Shown: one piece after another, positions 1 to 7,896 of the stretch
Layout: each line of letters opens with the position of its first letter
Position numbering within the stretch: the stretch's first letter is position 1
Assembly (NCBI GenBank): GCA_043809585.1
Contig: JBDROZ010000064.1
Span: 46,393 to 66,392, forward strand
DNA from: Candidatus Eiseniibacteriota bacterium
Lineage (GTDB): Bacteria > Orphanbacterota > Orphanbacteria > Orphanbacterales > Orphanbacteraceae
Reading direction: 5' to 3'
DNA length: 20,000 bases
The notes under the pieces: model-generated
What the model was told of the DNA's origin: nothing
Seen by the model: only the letters and a program-made list of their open reading frames with translations
Databases searched by the model: none
Program-made: the position numbers and the translations under genes

Positions 1-2331
1 CTGCTTCTCTCCCTCGGCCTTCTCATCGCCCTCGGCCTCGTCCAGCACCGGGGGGACGCCGCGGAGGACATCCGCCGCTTCAACCGCCTCCTCTCACGCA
101 CCCTTCGCGACTCTCTCGGCGCGGGGGCCTGGCTCGTACCGGTCTTCCTGCTTCGCGTGGGATGGAACCGCCTCTACGCCGGCTCTCTCCGGAACCTCGC
201 CCGGGCCCTTCTCCTCTTCGCCGCACTGCTGCTCACCTTTTCGGTGCTCGTCTTTTCGACCGGGCTCTTCGGTATCGGACGAAGCCTCGATCTCGGCGGG
301 GCCCTCGGCGCGATCCTCTTCACCTTCACGGAGCGCTATTTCGGCGCCCTCGGAAGCACGCTGATCGCCTTCACCTTTCTCGCCGTCGTCGTGACCGCCC
401 TCTACGATCTCTCCCTGCCCCGGCTCACCCTCCCCGGCCTCGACGCCTTCCTCCGCCGCCTGCCGGTCCTCCTCGCCGCGGGCCTTCGCGCCGCGGGGAG
501 CGTGATCGGGGAGAAGGTCGCCGAAGGGAGGGAGCGCCTGAGGACCTGGATGGCGGAATACGCCGAGGCTCGGGAGGACCGCCGGGCCGAGCGGGAAGAG
601 GAGGCGGAGGCGGAAGCGGCCGCCGCGGAAGTGGTGGAGACCATCGTCGTGGCGGACCGGGAGACGACGCCGGTCGCCGAGAACGAAGAAGAAGAAGAAT
701 ACGAAGGAGAAGAAGAAGAGGAGAGGGGGGAGGAAGGGGACGAAGAAGAGGAGGGGCCCGAGCCCGGCGGACCCCGGATCTACTCCGCCGCCGAGGTGAA
801 GAGGACGAGCGACGGGGTGCCGAAGAAGAGGAAGGGGGGACGGGGGGAGAAGACCTACCTCTTTCCTCCGATCACGCTCCTGAAGGATCCGGCGGAGAGG
901 GAGCCGGGCGTGGAGGAGGAGTACCTCCGGGAGCAGTCGGCCCGCCTCGAGGAGGCGCTCACCCACTTCGGCGTAAGGGCGAGGGTGAAAGAAGTGCACC
1001 CCGGCCCGGTCATCACCCGCTTCGAGCTCGAACCCGCCCCCGGAGTCAAGGTCCAGCAAATCGCCGGCCTCTCCGACGACCTCGCCCTCGCCCTCCGGGC
1101 GAAGCGCATCCGGATCGTCGCCCCGATCCCCGGCAAGGGGGCCGTGGGGATCGAGATCCCGAACCCCGAGAGCCGCACGGTCTACCTGAAGGAGGTGCTC
1201 ACCTCCACGGAGTACGCGAACCGGAAGAGCGTGCTCACCATCGCCCTCGGCAAAGACATCTCGGGCGCCCCCTTCTGCACGTCCCTCGAGTCGATGCCCC
1301 ACCTGCTGCTCGCGGGGGCCACCGGCGCGGGGAAGAGCGTTTGCATCCACGCGATCCTGACGAGCCTCCTCTACGGCGCGACGCCGGAGGAGGTGCACCT
1401 CCTCATGATCGATCCGAAGATGCTCGAGATGACCACCTACAACGGCATTCCCCACCTCCTGACGCCGGTGGTGACCGACGCCAAGGAGGCGGCCCGGGTG
1501 CTCCGCTGGGGCGTCTTCGAGATGGAGCGGCGCTACAAGCTCCTCGCCCGGGTCGGCGTCCGGAACATCCTCGACTACAACCGCCAGCTCCCGAAGCTGA
1601 GGGCAAGCCGGGATATCCAGGAAGAGGGGCTGGTGCTCGAGCCCCTGCCGTACCTGGTGATCGTGATCGACGAGTTCGCCGACCTCATCCTGACCGCGCC
1701 GAACGAGATCGAGGATTCCGTGGCCCGCCTCGCCCAGATGGCCCGGGCCGTCGGCATCCACCTCGTCATCGCGACCCAGCGGCCGTCGGTGAACGTCATC
1801 ACCGGCGTCATCAAGGCGAACTTCCCCTCCCGGATCGCGTTCCAGGTGGCGTCGAAGATCGACTCCCGGACCATCATCGACGCGAACGGCGCCGAGAAAC
1901 TCCTCGGCAACGGGGACATGCTCTTCGTCTTCTCCGGTCGCCCCGAGGTGCACCGGGTCCACGGCGCGTTCATTTCCACGGAAGAGACAAACGAAATTGT
2001 TTCGTTCCTAAAAGAGCAGGGGTACCAGCCGAAAGACCGGCGCACGGTGCTCCTCGAAGCCGAGGGGGAGGGGGGAATGGACAACGGCGTCGACATCGAC
2101 ATGAGCGACGAGCTCTTCGACGAGGCGGCGAAGATCGTGATCCGCTCCGAGCAGGGCTCGGTCTCGCTGTTACAGAGGCGCCTCCGGGTCGGCTACTCCC
2201 GGGCGGCGCGGCTCGTCGACCTTCTCGAGGACGCCGGCGTGGTCGGCCCGTTCGAGGGGTCGAAGGCGCGGGAGGTGCTCGTCGGCGAGGAGTGGATCGA
2301 GGCCCGGGAGGCGGAGAAGGCCGGAGGGTAG
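1..2331 (+). CDS. ftsK: DNA translocase FtsK/SpoIIIE (5'-truncated; frame open from base 1)
   Basis: Frame 1 is open from base 1, upstream of the track start at 157. Hydrophobic N-terminal TM segments, acidic linker, motor motifs GPVITRFE, Walker A GATGAGKS, LMIDPKMLE, Walker B VIDEFADL, ATQRPSV, GAEKLLGNGDML, and gamma domain SVSLLQRRLRVGYSRAARLVDLLE. Stop TAG 2329-2331. Confidence 0.97.
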   Translation: MLLSLGLLIALGLVQHRGDAAEDIRRFNRLLSRTLRDSLGAGAWLVPVFLLRVGWNRLYAGSLRNLARALLLFAALLLTFSVLVFSTGLFGIGRSLDLGGALGAILFTFTERYFGALGSTLIAFTFLAVVVTALYDLSLPRLTLPGLDAFLRRLPVLLAAGLRAAGSVIGEKVAEGRERLRTWMAEYAEAREDRRAEREEEAEAEAAAAEVVETIVVADRETTPVAENEEEEEYEGEEEEERGEEGDEEEEGPEPGGPRIYSAAEVKRTSDGVPKKRKGGRGEKTYLFPPITLLKDPAEREPGVEEEYLREQSARLEEALTHFGVRARVKEVHPGPVITRFELEPAPGVKVQQIAGLSDDLALALRAKRIRIVAPIPGKGAVGIEIPNPESRTVYLKEVLTSTEYANRKSVLTIALGKDISGAPFCTSLESMPHLLLAGATGAGKSVCIHAILTSLLYGATPEEVHLLMIDPKMLEMTTYNGIPHLLTPVVTDAKEAARVLRWGVFEMERRYKLLARVGVRNILDYNRQLPKLRASRDIQEEGLVLEPLPYLVIVIDEFADLILTAPNEIEDSVARLAQMARAVGIHLVIATQRPSVNVITGVIKANFPSRIAFQVASKIDSRTIIDANGAEKLLGNGDMLFVFSGRPEVHRVHGAFISTEETNEIVSFLKEQGYQPKDRRTVLLEAEGEGGMDNGVDIDMSDELFDEAAKIVIRSEQGSVSLLQRRLRVGYSRAARLVDLLEDAGVVGPFEGSKAREVLVGEEWIEAREAEKAGG

Positions 2332-2337
2332 GCCCAG

Positions 2338-3105
2338 GTGCGGGCGAAGGCGGTGCTCCTCGACATCGACGGCGTCCTCTTCTTCAACGGCGAGCCGATC
2401 CCCGGGGCCGCGGAGGCGATTCGTGGCCTTCAGGAGCGAAACCTCCCCTTCAAGCTGGTGACGAACATCACCCGCCACACCCGGGCGGCGATCGCCGGCC
2501 GGCTTCGGGAGGCGGAGATCGTCGTCGAACCGGAAGTCATTCACACGGCCCTCGCCGCCGCGGCGGAGACGCTCCGCTCCCGGAACGCGAAACCCCTCTA
2601 CCTCATCACGCCGATCGCCCTGGCCGATCTCCCCCCCGAGGCTTCGGAAGACGAAGCGGACACGGTCTTCGTCGGCGACGTGGGGAAGGACTTCGGCATG
2701 GACGACCTGAACCGGGCCTTCCGCGTTCTCCACCGGGGGGCGTCCCTCCTCGCCGGGCATAAGAACCGGTTCTGGATCACCCACGGCCTCCCTACGGTCG
2801 ATGCCGGAGCCCTGGTCGCCGCCCTCGAGTACTGCTCGGGAGTGGAGGCGGAGCTGATCGGGAAGCCCGAGCCCGGCTTCTTCCGCACCGCCGCCCGGTC
2901 CCTTCTCCCCGAAGGCGCCACGCTCGGCGACGCCGTTATGGTCGGCGACCGATGGGAGAGCGACGTCGAAGGCGCCCGCGCGGCCGGCCTCCGGGGCGTG
3001 CTCGTCCGGACCGGGCTGTATCAAGAGGGGGATGAGACGAACGGATCACCCGACGGCGTGCTCGATTCCATCGCGGGGTTGATGGATTGGTTGGAAGGGG
3101 ATTAA
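2338..3105 (+). CDS. HAD-superfamily subfamily IIA hydrolase (NagD/LHPP/HDHD2-like phosphatase)
   Basis: Motif I LLDIDGVL (DxD), motif II VTN, motif III GKP, motif IV MVGDRWESDVEGA, LVRTG. GTG start preceded by GGAGGG at 2323-2328. Confidence 0.9.
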   Translation: MRAKAVLLDIDGVLFFNGEPIPGAAEAIRGLQERNLPFKLVTNITRHTRAAIAGRLREAEIVVEPEVIHTALAAAAETLRSRNAKPLYLITPIALADLPPEASEDEADTVFVGDVGKDFGMDDLNRAFRVLHRGASLLAGHKNRFWITHGLPTVDAGALVAALEYCSGVEAELIGKPEPGFFRTAARSLLPEGATLGDAVMVGDRWESDVEGARAAGLRGVLVRTGLYQEGDETNGSPDGVLDSIAGLMDWLEGD

Positions 3106-3113
3106 GCCTCCGC

Positions 3114-3191
3114 CCGAAGTTTTATCTTCCTTGGACTCCTCTTCTGCACCCTGGAACGGTCGTGCTCGCGCGCGATATCCGTCCGGAGGGG
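3114..3191. repeat. Degenerate direct repeat family C, copy 1 (copy 2 at 3626-3701)
   Basis: CTGCAC (3144/3653) and TATCCGTCCGGA (3176/3685) recur at the same 509 bp offset; the 5' parts are also alignable. Confidence 0.7.
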
Positions 3192-3234
3192 CTTGAGGGT
3201 CCTCCGAGGAATGGGGGGACGGGAAACGAGCTCA

Positions 3235-3281
3235 GCGGAATGGGGGGGACACGAAACGAGTTCATGTCCCCCCCATTCCGC
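3235..3281. repeat. REP-like palindrome family A, copy 1 (perfect 17 bp stem)
   Basis: GCGGAATGGGGGGGACA (3235-3251), 13 nt loop CGAAACGAGTTCA, TGTCCCCCCCATTCCGC (3265-3281). A half copy lies just upstream (3208-3234). Confidence 0.9.
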
Positions 3282-3284
3282 CCG

Positions 3285-3392
3285 TCAAGAACTCCCCGGT
3301 CGTGCCCCGCCCCCTCCCGATGCCGACCCCCTGACCCGCCGGTTTTCTATCGGGAGCGCATGTGCGCACACGCGCTCCCCCCCATCATTCCG
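3285..3392. repeat. Direct repeat family B, copy 1 (~108 bp)
   Basis: TCAAGAACTCCCCGGTC...TCATTCCG aligns to 3522-3628 with about 15 differences by manual alignment. Contains a GGAGCGC...GCGCTCC hairpin. Confidence 0.92.
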
Positions 3393-3404
3393 CTTCCCCT
3401 CCTT

Positions 3405-3445
3405 CCGGCGGGGCGGGGGATCGGAGGAGGGAGGGGGATGGGGCA
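3405..3445 (-). repeat. Inverted partial copy of repeat B
   Basis: CCGGCGGGGCGGGGGATCGGAGGAGGGAGGGGGATGGGGCA is an imperfect reverse complement of 3540-3578 and of 3303-3342. Confidence 0.8.
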
Positions 3446-3521
3446 GGCTGGAACGCTCGTCGTGGTGCGGGAGAAAGCCCTCCCATTCTCCGGACTCGCG
3501 GAGGCAGCGTTGCGGAAGCCA

Positions 3522-3628
3522 TCAAGAACTCCCCGGTCATGCCCCGCCCCCTCCCGATGCCGATCCCCGTCCCGCCGGCCAGCTTTCAGGAGTGCGTGTG
3601 CACGCACGCGCTCCCCCCGATCATTCCG
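3522..3628. repeat. Direct repeat family B, copy 2 (107 bp)
   Basis: Matches 3285-3392 at a 237 bp offset. Hairpin GGAGTGCGTG-TGCACG-CACGCGCTCC. Confidence 0.92.
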
Positions 3629-3701
3629 GACTTCTATCCCTCTTGACCCCTCCTGCACTCCGGAATATTGATCGTAGATGGTTGTATCCGTCCGGACGGG
3701 G
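3626..3701. repeat. Degenerate direct repeat family C, copy 2
   Basis: Shares CTGCAC and TATCCGTCCGGA(C)GGGG with 3114-3191 at a constant offset. Confidence 0.7.
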
Positions 3702-3717
3702 ACAGACACCGCTGAGA

Positions 3718-3756
3718 AATGGGGGGGACACGAAACAAGTTCATGTCCCCCCCATT
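3718..3756. repeat. REP-like palindrome family A, copy 2
   Basis: AATGGGGGGGACA-CGAAACAAGTTCA-TGTCCCCCCCATT; one substitution relative to 3239-3277. Confidence 0.9.
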
Positions 3757-3843
3757 CCTCCGGAGGCTCGGGGGGTGCATGTCCCCCGCCCACTCCGAGG
3801 TGGCCGTCTTCCTCCGTCTGCTCTTTCGTGCGGTCCTCTACCG

Positions 3844-3865
3844 TGATACCCTGATTTCAGGAGGT
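3844..3865 (+). promoter_or_regulatory. RBS of rimO, preceded by a possible extended -10 element
   Basis: AGGAGGT at 3859-3865 lies 9 nt before ATG 3875 (well supported). TG-A-TACCCT at 3844-3852 fits TGnTAnnnT (tentative). Confidence 0.45.
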
Positions 3866-3874
3866 TCCTTTTCC

Positions 3875-5221
3875 ATGGGCGCAATGCGCAAAGTCTACAT
3901 CCACACTCTCGGATGTCCCAAGAACGAGGTGGACAGCGAGGTGATGGCCGGCATCCTCGCCCGCCGGGGCCTCGAGACCACCGACTCCATCGACGAGGCG
4001 GACCTCCTCCTCGTCAACACCTGCACCTTCATCGACGACGCCAAAGAAGAGTCGATCCAGGCGATCCTCGAGGCGGGGGAGGCGAAGGGGAAGCGGAAGC
4101 TCCTCGTCACCGGCTGCCTCGCCGAGCGCTACGGCAACGAACTCCGCAAAGAGATCCCCGAGATCGACGGCCTCGTCGGTGTCCGCTCCCTCCACCGGGT
4201 GGGGGAAGAAGCGGAACGGCTCCTCGGCGGCCTCCCCGTCTGCGACCCGGCCGAAGCCTCGGGAGACGAGAACCGCCTCGGCCCCGGACGCTCCCTCCTC
4301 GGCCCCGTCCACACGGCGTACCTCAAAGTCGCCGAGGGGTGCGACCGCCCCTGCGCCTTCTGCTCCATCCCTTCCTTCCGGGGGGGGCTCGCGAGCCGCA
4401 CCTTGGATTCCTTGGAAAGGGAAGCCCGGGGTCTCGCCCTCCGGGGGGCGAAGGAGATCGTCATCGTCGGGCAGGAGACCACCGCCTACGGGAAGGATCT
4501 CGGCGAAGACGCCTCCCTCGCCACGCTTCTCGACCGGCTTCACCCGATCGAAGGGCTCCGGTGGGTGCGCATCCTCTATGCCTACCCGACCGCCGTAGAG
4601 GACGACCTGATCGAGCGCCTCGCCGCGGGCAAAGCGTGCCGCTACATCGACGTCCCGATCCAGCACGTCAGCGACTCCCTGCTCCGAGCCATGCGCCGCG
4701 GAACCTCGGGGAAAGGCGTGCGGGAGACGATCCGCCGCCTCCGGGAAGGGGTCCCCTGCATCGCGATCCGGACGAGCCTCCTCGTCGGATTTCCCGGCGA
4801 GAGCTCCGAGGACTTCGACGAGCTCCGGCGCTACGTCGAGGAGACCGCCTTCGACCGGCTCGGCGTTTTCCGCTTCTCCCCCCAGGAGGGGACCGTCGCG
4901 GCGACCCTCCCCGATCCGGTGCCCGAGGAGGTCGCCCTCGAGCGGCAGCAGATCCTGACGGACCTTCAGGAGGCGATCGCCGACGAGCGGGGCCGGGCCC
5001 TCGTCGGAACCCGGACCGAGATCCTCGTCGACGAAGCGGACGAGAAGGGCGTCTGGGGACGGACCGAGTCGGACGCGCCGGAGATCGACGGCGCCGTCTT
5101 CCTTCCCGGCGTCACCGCGAAGCCCGGCGACTTCCTTCACGTGCGCATCACCGAGGCGGGCGGATCGACCCTGATCGCCGAACCACTGGAGCGCCAGCCA
5201 TGGCCAAGCGCCTCTTCCTGA
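3875..5221 (+). CDS. rimO: Ribosomal protein S12 methylthiotransferase RimO (radical SAM)
   Basis: UPF0004 motifs LGCPKNEVDSE, VNTCTFI, GCLAERY; radical-SAM CxxxCxxC (EGCDRPCAFCSIP); C-terminal TRAM with APEIDG. Start moved from the track's 3719 (inside a repeat) to ATG 3875 on RBS evidence. Confidence 0.93.
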   Translation: MGAMRKVYIHTLGCPKNEVDSEVMAGILARRGLETTDSIDEADLLLVNTCTFIDDAKEESIQAILEAGEAKGKRKLLVTGCLAERYGNELRKEIPEIDGLVGVRSLHRVGEEAERLLGGLPVCDPAEASGDENRLGPGRSLLGPVHTAYLKVAEGCDRPCAFCSIPSFRGGLASRTLDSLEREARGLALRGAKEIVIVGQETTAYGKDLGEDASLATLLDRLHPIEGLRWVRILYAYPTAVEDDLIERLAAGKACRYIDVPIQHVSDSLLRAMRRGTSGKGVRETIRRLREGVPCIAIRTSLLVGFPGESSEDFDELRRYVEETAFDRLGVFRFSPQEGTVAATLPDPVPEEVALERQQILTDLQEAIADERGRALVGTRTEILVDEADEKGVWGRTESDAPEIDGAVFLPGVTAKPGDFLHVRITEAGGSTLIAEPLERQPWPSASS

Positions 5222-7896
5222 TCGACGGCTCGGCCCTCGTCTTCCGCTCCTTCTATGCCTTCATCCGGAACCCGCTCCGGACGTCGAAGGGGGAGGAGAC
5301 GAGCGCCGTCTTCGGCGTGGTCTCGGCCCTCATCCGGGTTCTGAAGGAGCGGAGGCCCGACTACATCGCCTTCGTTCTCGACACCGCGGCCCCCACGTTC
5401 CGGAAGGAGATGTACCCCGAGTACAAGGCGAACCGGATCGAAATGCCGAAGGAGCTCGCCGAACAGTACCCGCGCATCATGGAAACGGTGAAGGCCCTCT
5501 CCGTGCCCCTCCTCATGAAGGAAGGATGGGAGGCGGACGACCTGATCGGAACCCTCGCCCTCCGGGGGGCGGAAATGGGCCTGGAGGTCGAAATCTACTC
5601 GGGGGACAAGGACTTTCTCCAGCTCGTCCGGCCGGGCGTGAAGCTCGTCATCCCCGGCAAGGCGGGGGACGACACGGAAGCCGCCACGGGCGAGGATGTG
5701 ATCGCCCGGGCCGGCGTCCCGCCGGAACGGATCGTCGACCTCATGGCCCTCACCGGCGACTCCAGCGACAACGTGCCCGGCATTCCCGGCGTCGGCCCCA
5801 AGACGGCGCGGAAGCTTCTCGAGGAGCACGGCACCCTCGACGATCTCTACGAACACCTGGACGAGGTGGGAGGGAAGCTCGGCGAGAGGTTGAAGGAGAA
5901 CAGAGAGAGCGCCTACCTCTCGAAGGATCTCGTCACGATCCGAACCGACGTGGAGATGGACGAGGGGATCGAAGACCTCGTCCGCCGGGAGATCGACATC
6001 GAGACCCTCGCGCCGCTCCTTCGGGAACTCGAGTTTCACAGCCTCCTCACCGAAGTCGGCCGGGGGGGTGAGAAGGAGGCGGAGGCGGCCTACCGGGTGG
6101 CGCGGACGAAGAAGGACCTCGAGGACCTCGCCTCCCGATTGAAAGGGGCGAAGCGGTTCGCCTTCGACACGGAGACCACCTCCACGGAGCCGATGCGGGC
6201 GGTGCTCGTCGGTCTCTCGGTGGCGGCGGCGGCGGGGGAGGCGTGGTACGTTCCGGTCCGTCACGCCGACAAGAACAACGCGGACCTCGGCGACGTGAAG
6301 GAGATCCTCGGGCCCCTTCTCGAGAACCCGTCGATCCCGAAGATCGCCCAGAACGCCAAGTACGACATCCTCGTCCTCCGCCGGGCGGGCATCGAGGTGG
6401 CGGGCCTCGCCTTCGACCCGATGATCGCCTCCTATCTCATCGACCCCGGGCAGCGATCCCACGGCCTCGACCATCTCGCCCTCGTCCACCTGAACCACAA
6501 GATGATCCCCATCGAGCGGGTGATCGGCGCCGGGCGGACCCAGAAGACCATGGACAAGGTGACGACGGAGGAGGCGTACGAGTACGCCTGCGAGGACGCG
6601 GACATGACGCTCCGCCTCGCCGATCGCCTCGCGCCGCGGCTCGAGGAGGGGAAGCTGACGAAGCTGATGGACGAGGTCGAGATTCCCCTCGTCGGCGTGC
6701 TCGCCCGGATGGAGGAGGCGGGCGTCTCGGTGGACGTGGAGTTTCTCGGGGAGATGTCCGTGGAGCTCGCCTCCGAAATCGAACGCATGACCGTCGAGAT
6801 CCAGGAGATCGCGGGTGTTCCGTTCAACCTGAACTCGCCGAAACAGCTCGCCGAGATCCTCTTCGACCGGATCGGCCTGAAGCCGGTCCGGAAGACGAAG
6901 ACCGGCTTCTCGACGGACACGAACGTACTGCAGGAACTCGCCCCCCGTCACCCGCTCCCGGCGCGCATCCTCGAATACCGCCAGCTCGAGAAGCTCCGGG
7001 GGACCTACGTCGACGCCCTGCCGAAGATGATCCACCCGGAGACGGGCCGCATCCACACATCATTCAACCAGACCGTGGCGGCCACGGGGCGCCTCTCCTC
7101 GTCGGACCCGAACCTCCAGAACATCCCGATCCGGACCGAGATCGGGCGGCGTATCCGGAAGGCCTTCGTCGCGGGGGGGAGAAATCGGTCCCTCCTCTCT
7201 CTCGACTACTCCCAGATCGAGCTCCGCCTCGTCGCCCATCTCTCGGAAGACGAGGCGCTCATTCGCGACTTCGGCGAGGGGACCGACATTCACCGCCGGA
7301 CGGCGGCGACCCTCTTCGGCCTGAAGGAGGACGAGGTGACCGGCGAGATGCGTTCCCGGGCGAAGGCGGTGAACTTCGGCATCATTTACGGCATGGGCGC
7401 CTTCGGCCTCGCCGGCCGCCTCGAGATCCCGCAGTCGGAAGCCCAGCAGTTCATCGACGAGTACTTCGCCGCCTACCCCGGCGTGAAGGCGTACCTCGAC
7501 GGCACCATCGAAGAGGGCCGGGAGAAGGGCTACGTGGAGACCATGCTCGGCCGCCGCCGCTACCTGCCGGAGCTGACGAGCAAGAACGGGAGGCTCCGCT
7601 CCTTCGCGGAGAGAACGGCGGTGAACACACCGATCCAGGGCTCGGCGGCGGACCTGATCAAGCTCGCCATGATCGCCGTGGACGAGGAACTCTTGCGAAG
7701 CGGTCTCCGGGCTCATATGATTCTCCAGGTTCACGACGAGCTGGTCTTCGAGGGGCCCGACGACGAACTCGGCCGGGTCGAGAAGATGGCCCGGAAGATC
7801 ATGGAGAGCCGGATGGAACTCCGGGTTCCCCTCGTGGTCGATGCGGGCCGGGGGAAGAACTGGCTCGAAGCCCACGGCATGGAGGGGGCCTCGTGA
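5200..7896 (+). CDS. polA: DNA polymerase I (898 aa)
   Basis: Start at ATG 5200 (MAKRLFLIDGS). 5'-3' exonuclease EADD and GDSSDNVPGIPGVGPKTA; 3'-5' exonuclease FDTET, QNAKYD, YACEDAD (acidic residues intact); polymerase TGRLSSSDPNLQNIP, DYSQIELR, KAVNFGIIYG, QVHDEL. Overlaps rimO by 22 nt. Confidence 0.98.
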   Translation: MAKRLFLIDGSALVFRSFYAFIRNPLRTSKGEETSAVFGVVSALIRVLKERRPDYIAFVLDTAAPTFRKEMYPEYKANRIEMPKELAEQYPRIMETVKALSVPLLMKEGWEADDLIGTLALRGAEMGLEVEIYSGDKDFLQLVRPGVKLVIPGKAGDDTEAATGEDVIARAGVPPERIVDLMALTGDSSDNVPGIPGVGPKTARKLLEEHGTLDDLYEHLDEVGGKLGERLKENRESAYLSKDLVTIRTDVEMDEGIEDLVRREIDIETLAPLLRELEFHSLLTEVGRGGEKEAEAAYRVARTKKDLEDLASRLKGAKRFAFDTETTSTEPMRAVLVGLSVAAAAGEAWYVPVRHADKNNADLGDVKEILGPLLENPSIPKIAQNAKYDILVLRRAGIEVAGLAFDPMIASYLIDPGQRSHGLDHLALVHLNHKMIPIERVIGAGRTQKTMDKVTTEEAYEYACEDADMTLRLADRLAPRLEEGKLTKLMDEVEIPLVGVLARMEEAGVSVDVEFLGEMSVELASEIERMTVEIQEIAGVPFNLNSPKQLAEILFDRIGLKPVRKTKTGFSTDTNVLQELAPRHPLPARILEYRQLEKLRGTYVDALPKMIHPETGRIHTSFNQTVAATGRLSSSDPNLQNIPIRTEIGRRIRKAFVAGGRNRSLLSLDYSQIELRLVAHLSEDEALIRDFGEGTDIHRRTAATLFGLKEDEVTGEMRSRAKAVNFGIIYGMGAFGLAGRLEIPQSEAQQFIDEYFAAYPGVKAYLDGTIEEGREKGYVETMLGRRRYLPELTSKNGRLRSFAERTAVNTPIQGSAADLIKLAMIAVDEELLRSGLRAHMILQVHDELVFEGPDDELGRVEKMARKIMESRMELRVPLVVDAGRGKNWLEAHGMEGAS

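Noticed and set aside
3208..3787. CRISPR array or integron cassette array
   Set aside because: No regular repeat-spacer period, too few copies, no attC-type ends recognised, and no cas or integrase gene in the window.
3087..3846. ORFs across the repeat region (3087-3671, 3193-3846, 3347-3793, 3362-3646)
   Set aside because: Translations merely mirror the DNA repeats in several frames; Pro-rich and without recognisable domains.
3913..5199. Apparent 429 aa N-terminal extension of PolA (1327 aa ORF)
   Set aside because: Off-frame read of rimO; PolA homology begins at ATG 5200.
6243..7892. Apparent long N-terminal extension of CoaE (757 aa ORF)
   Set aside because: Off-frame read of polA; CoaE begins at GTG 7893.
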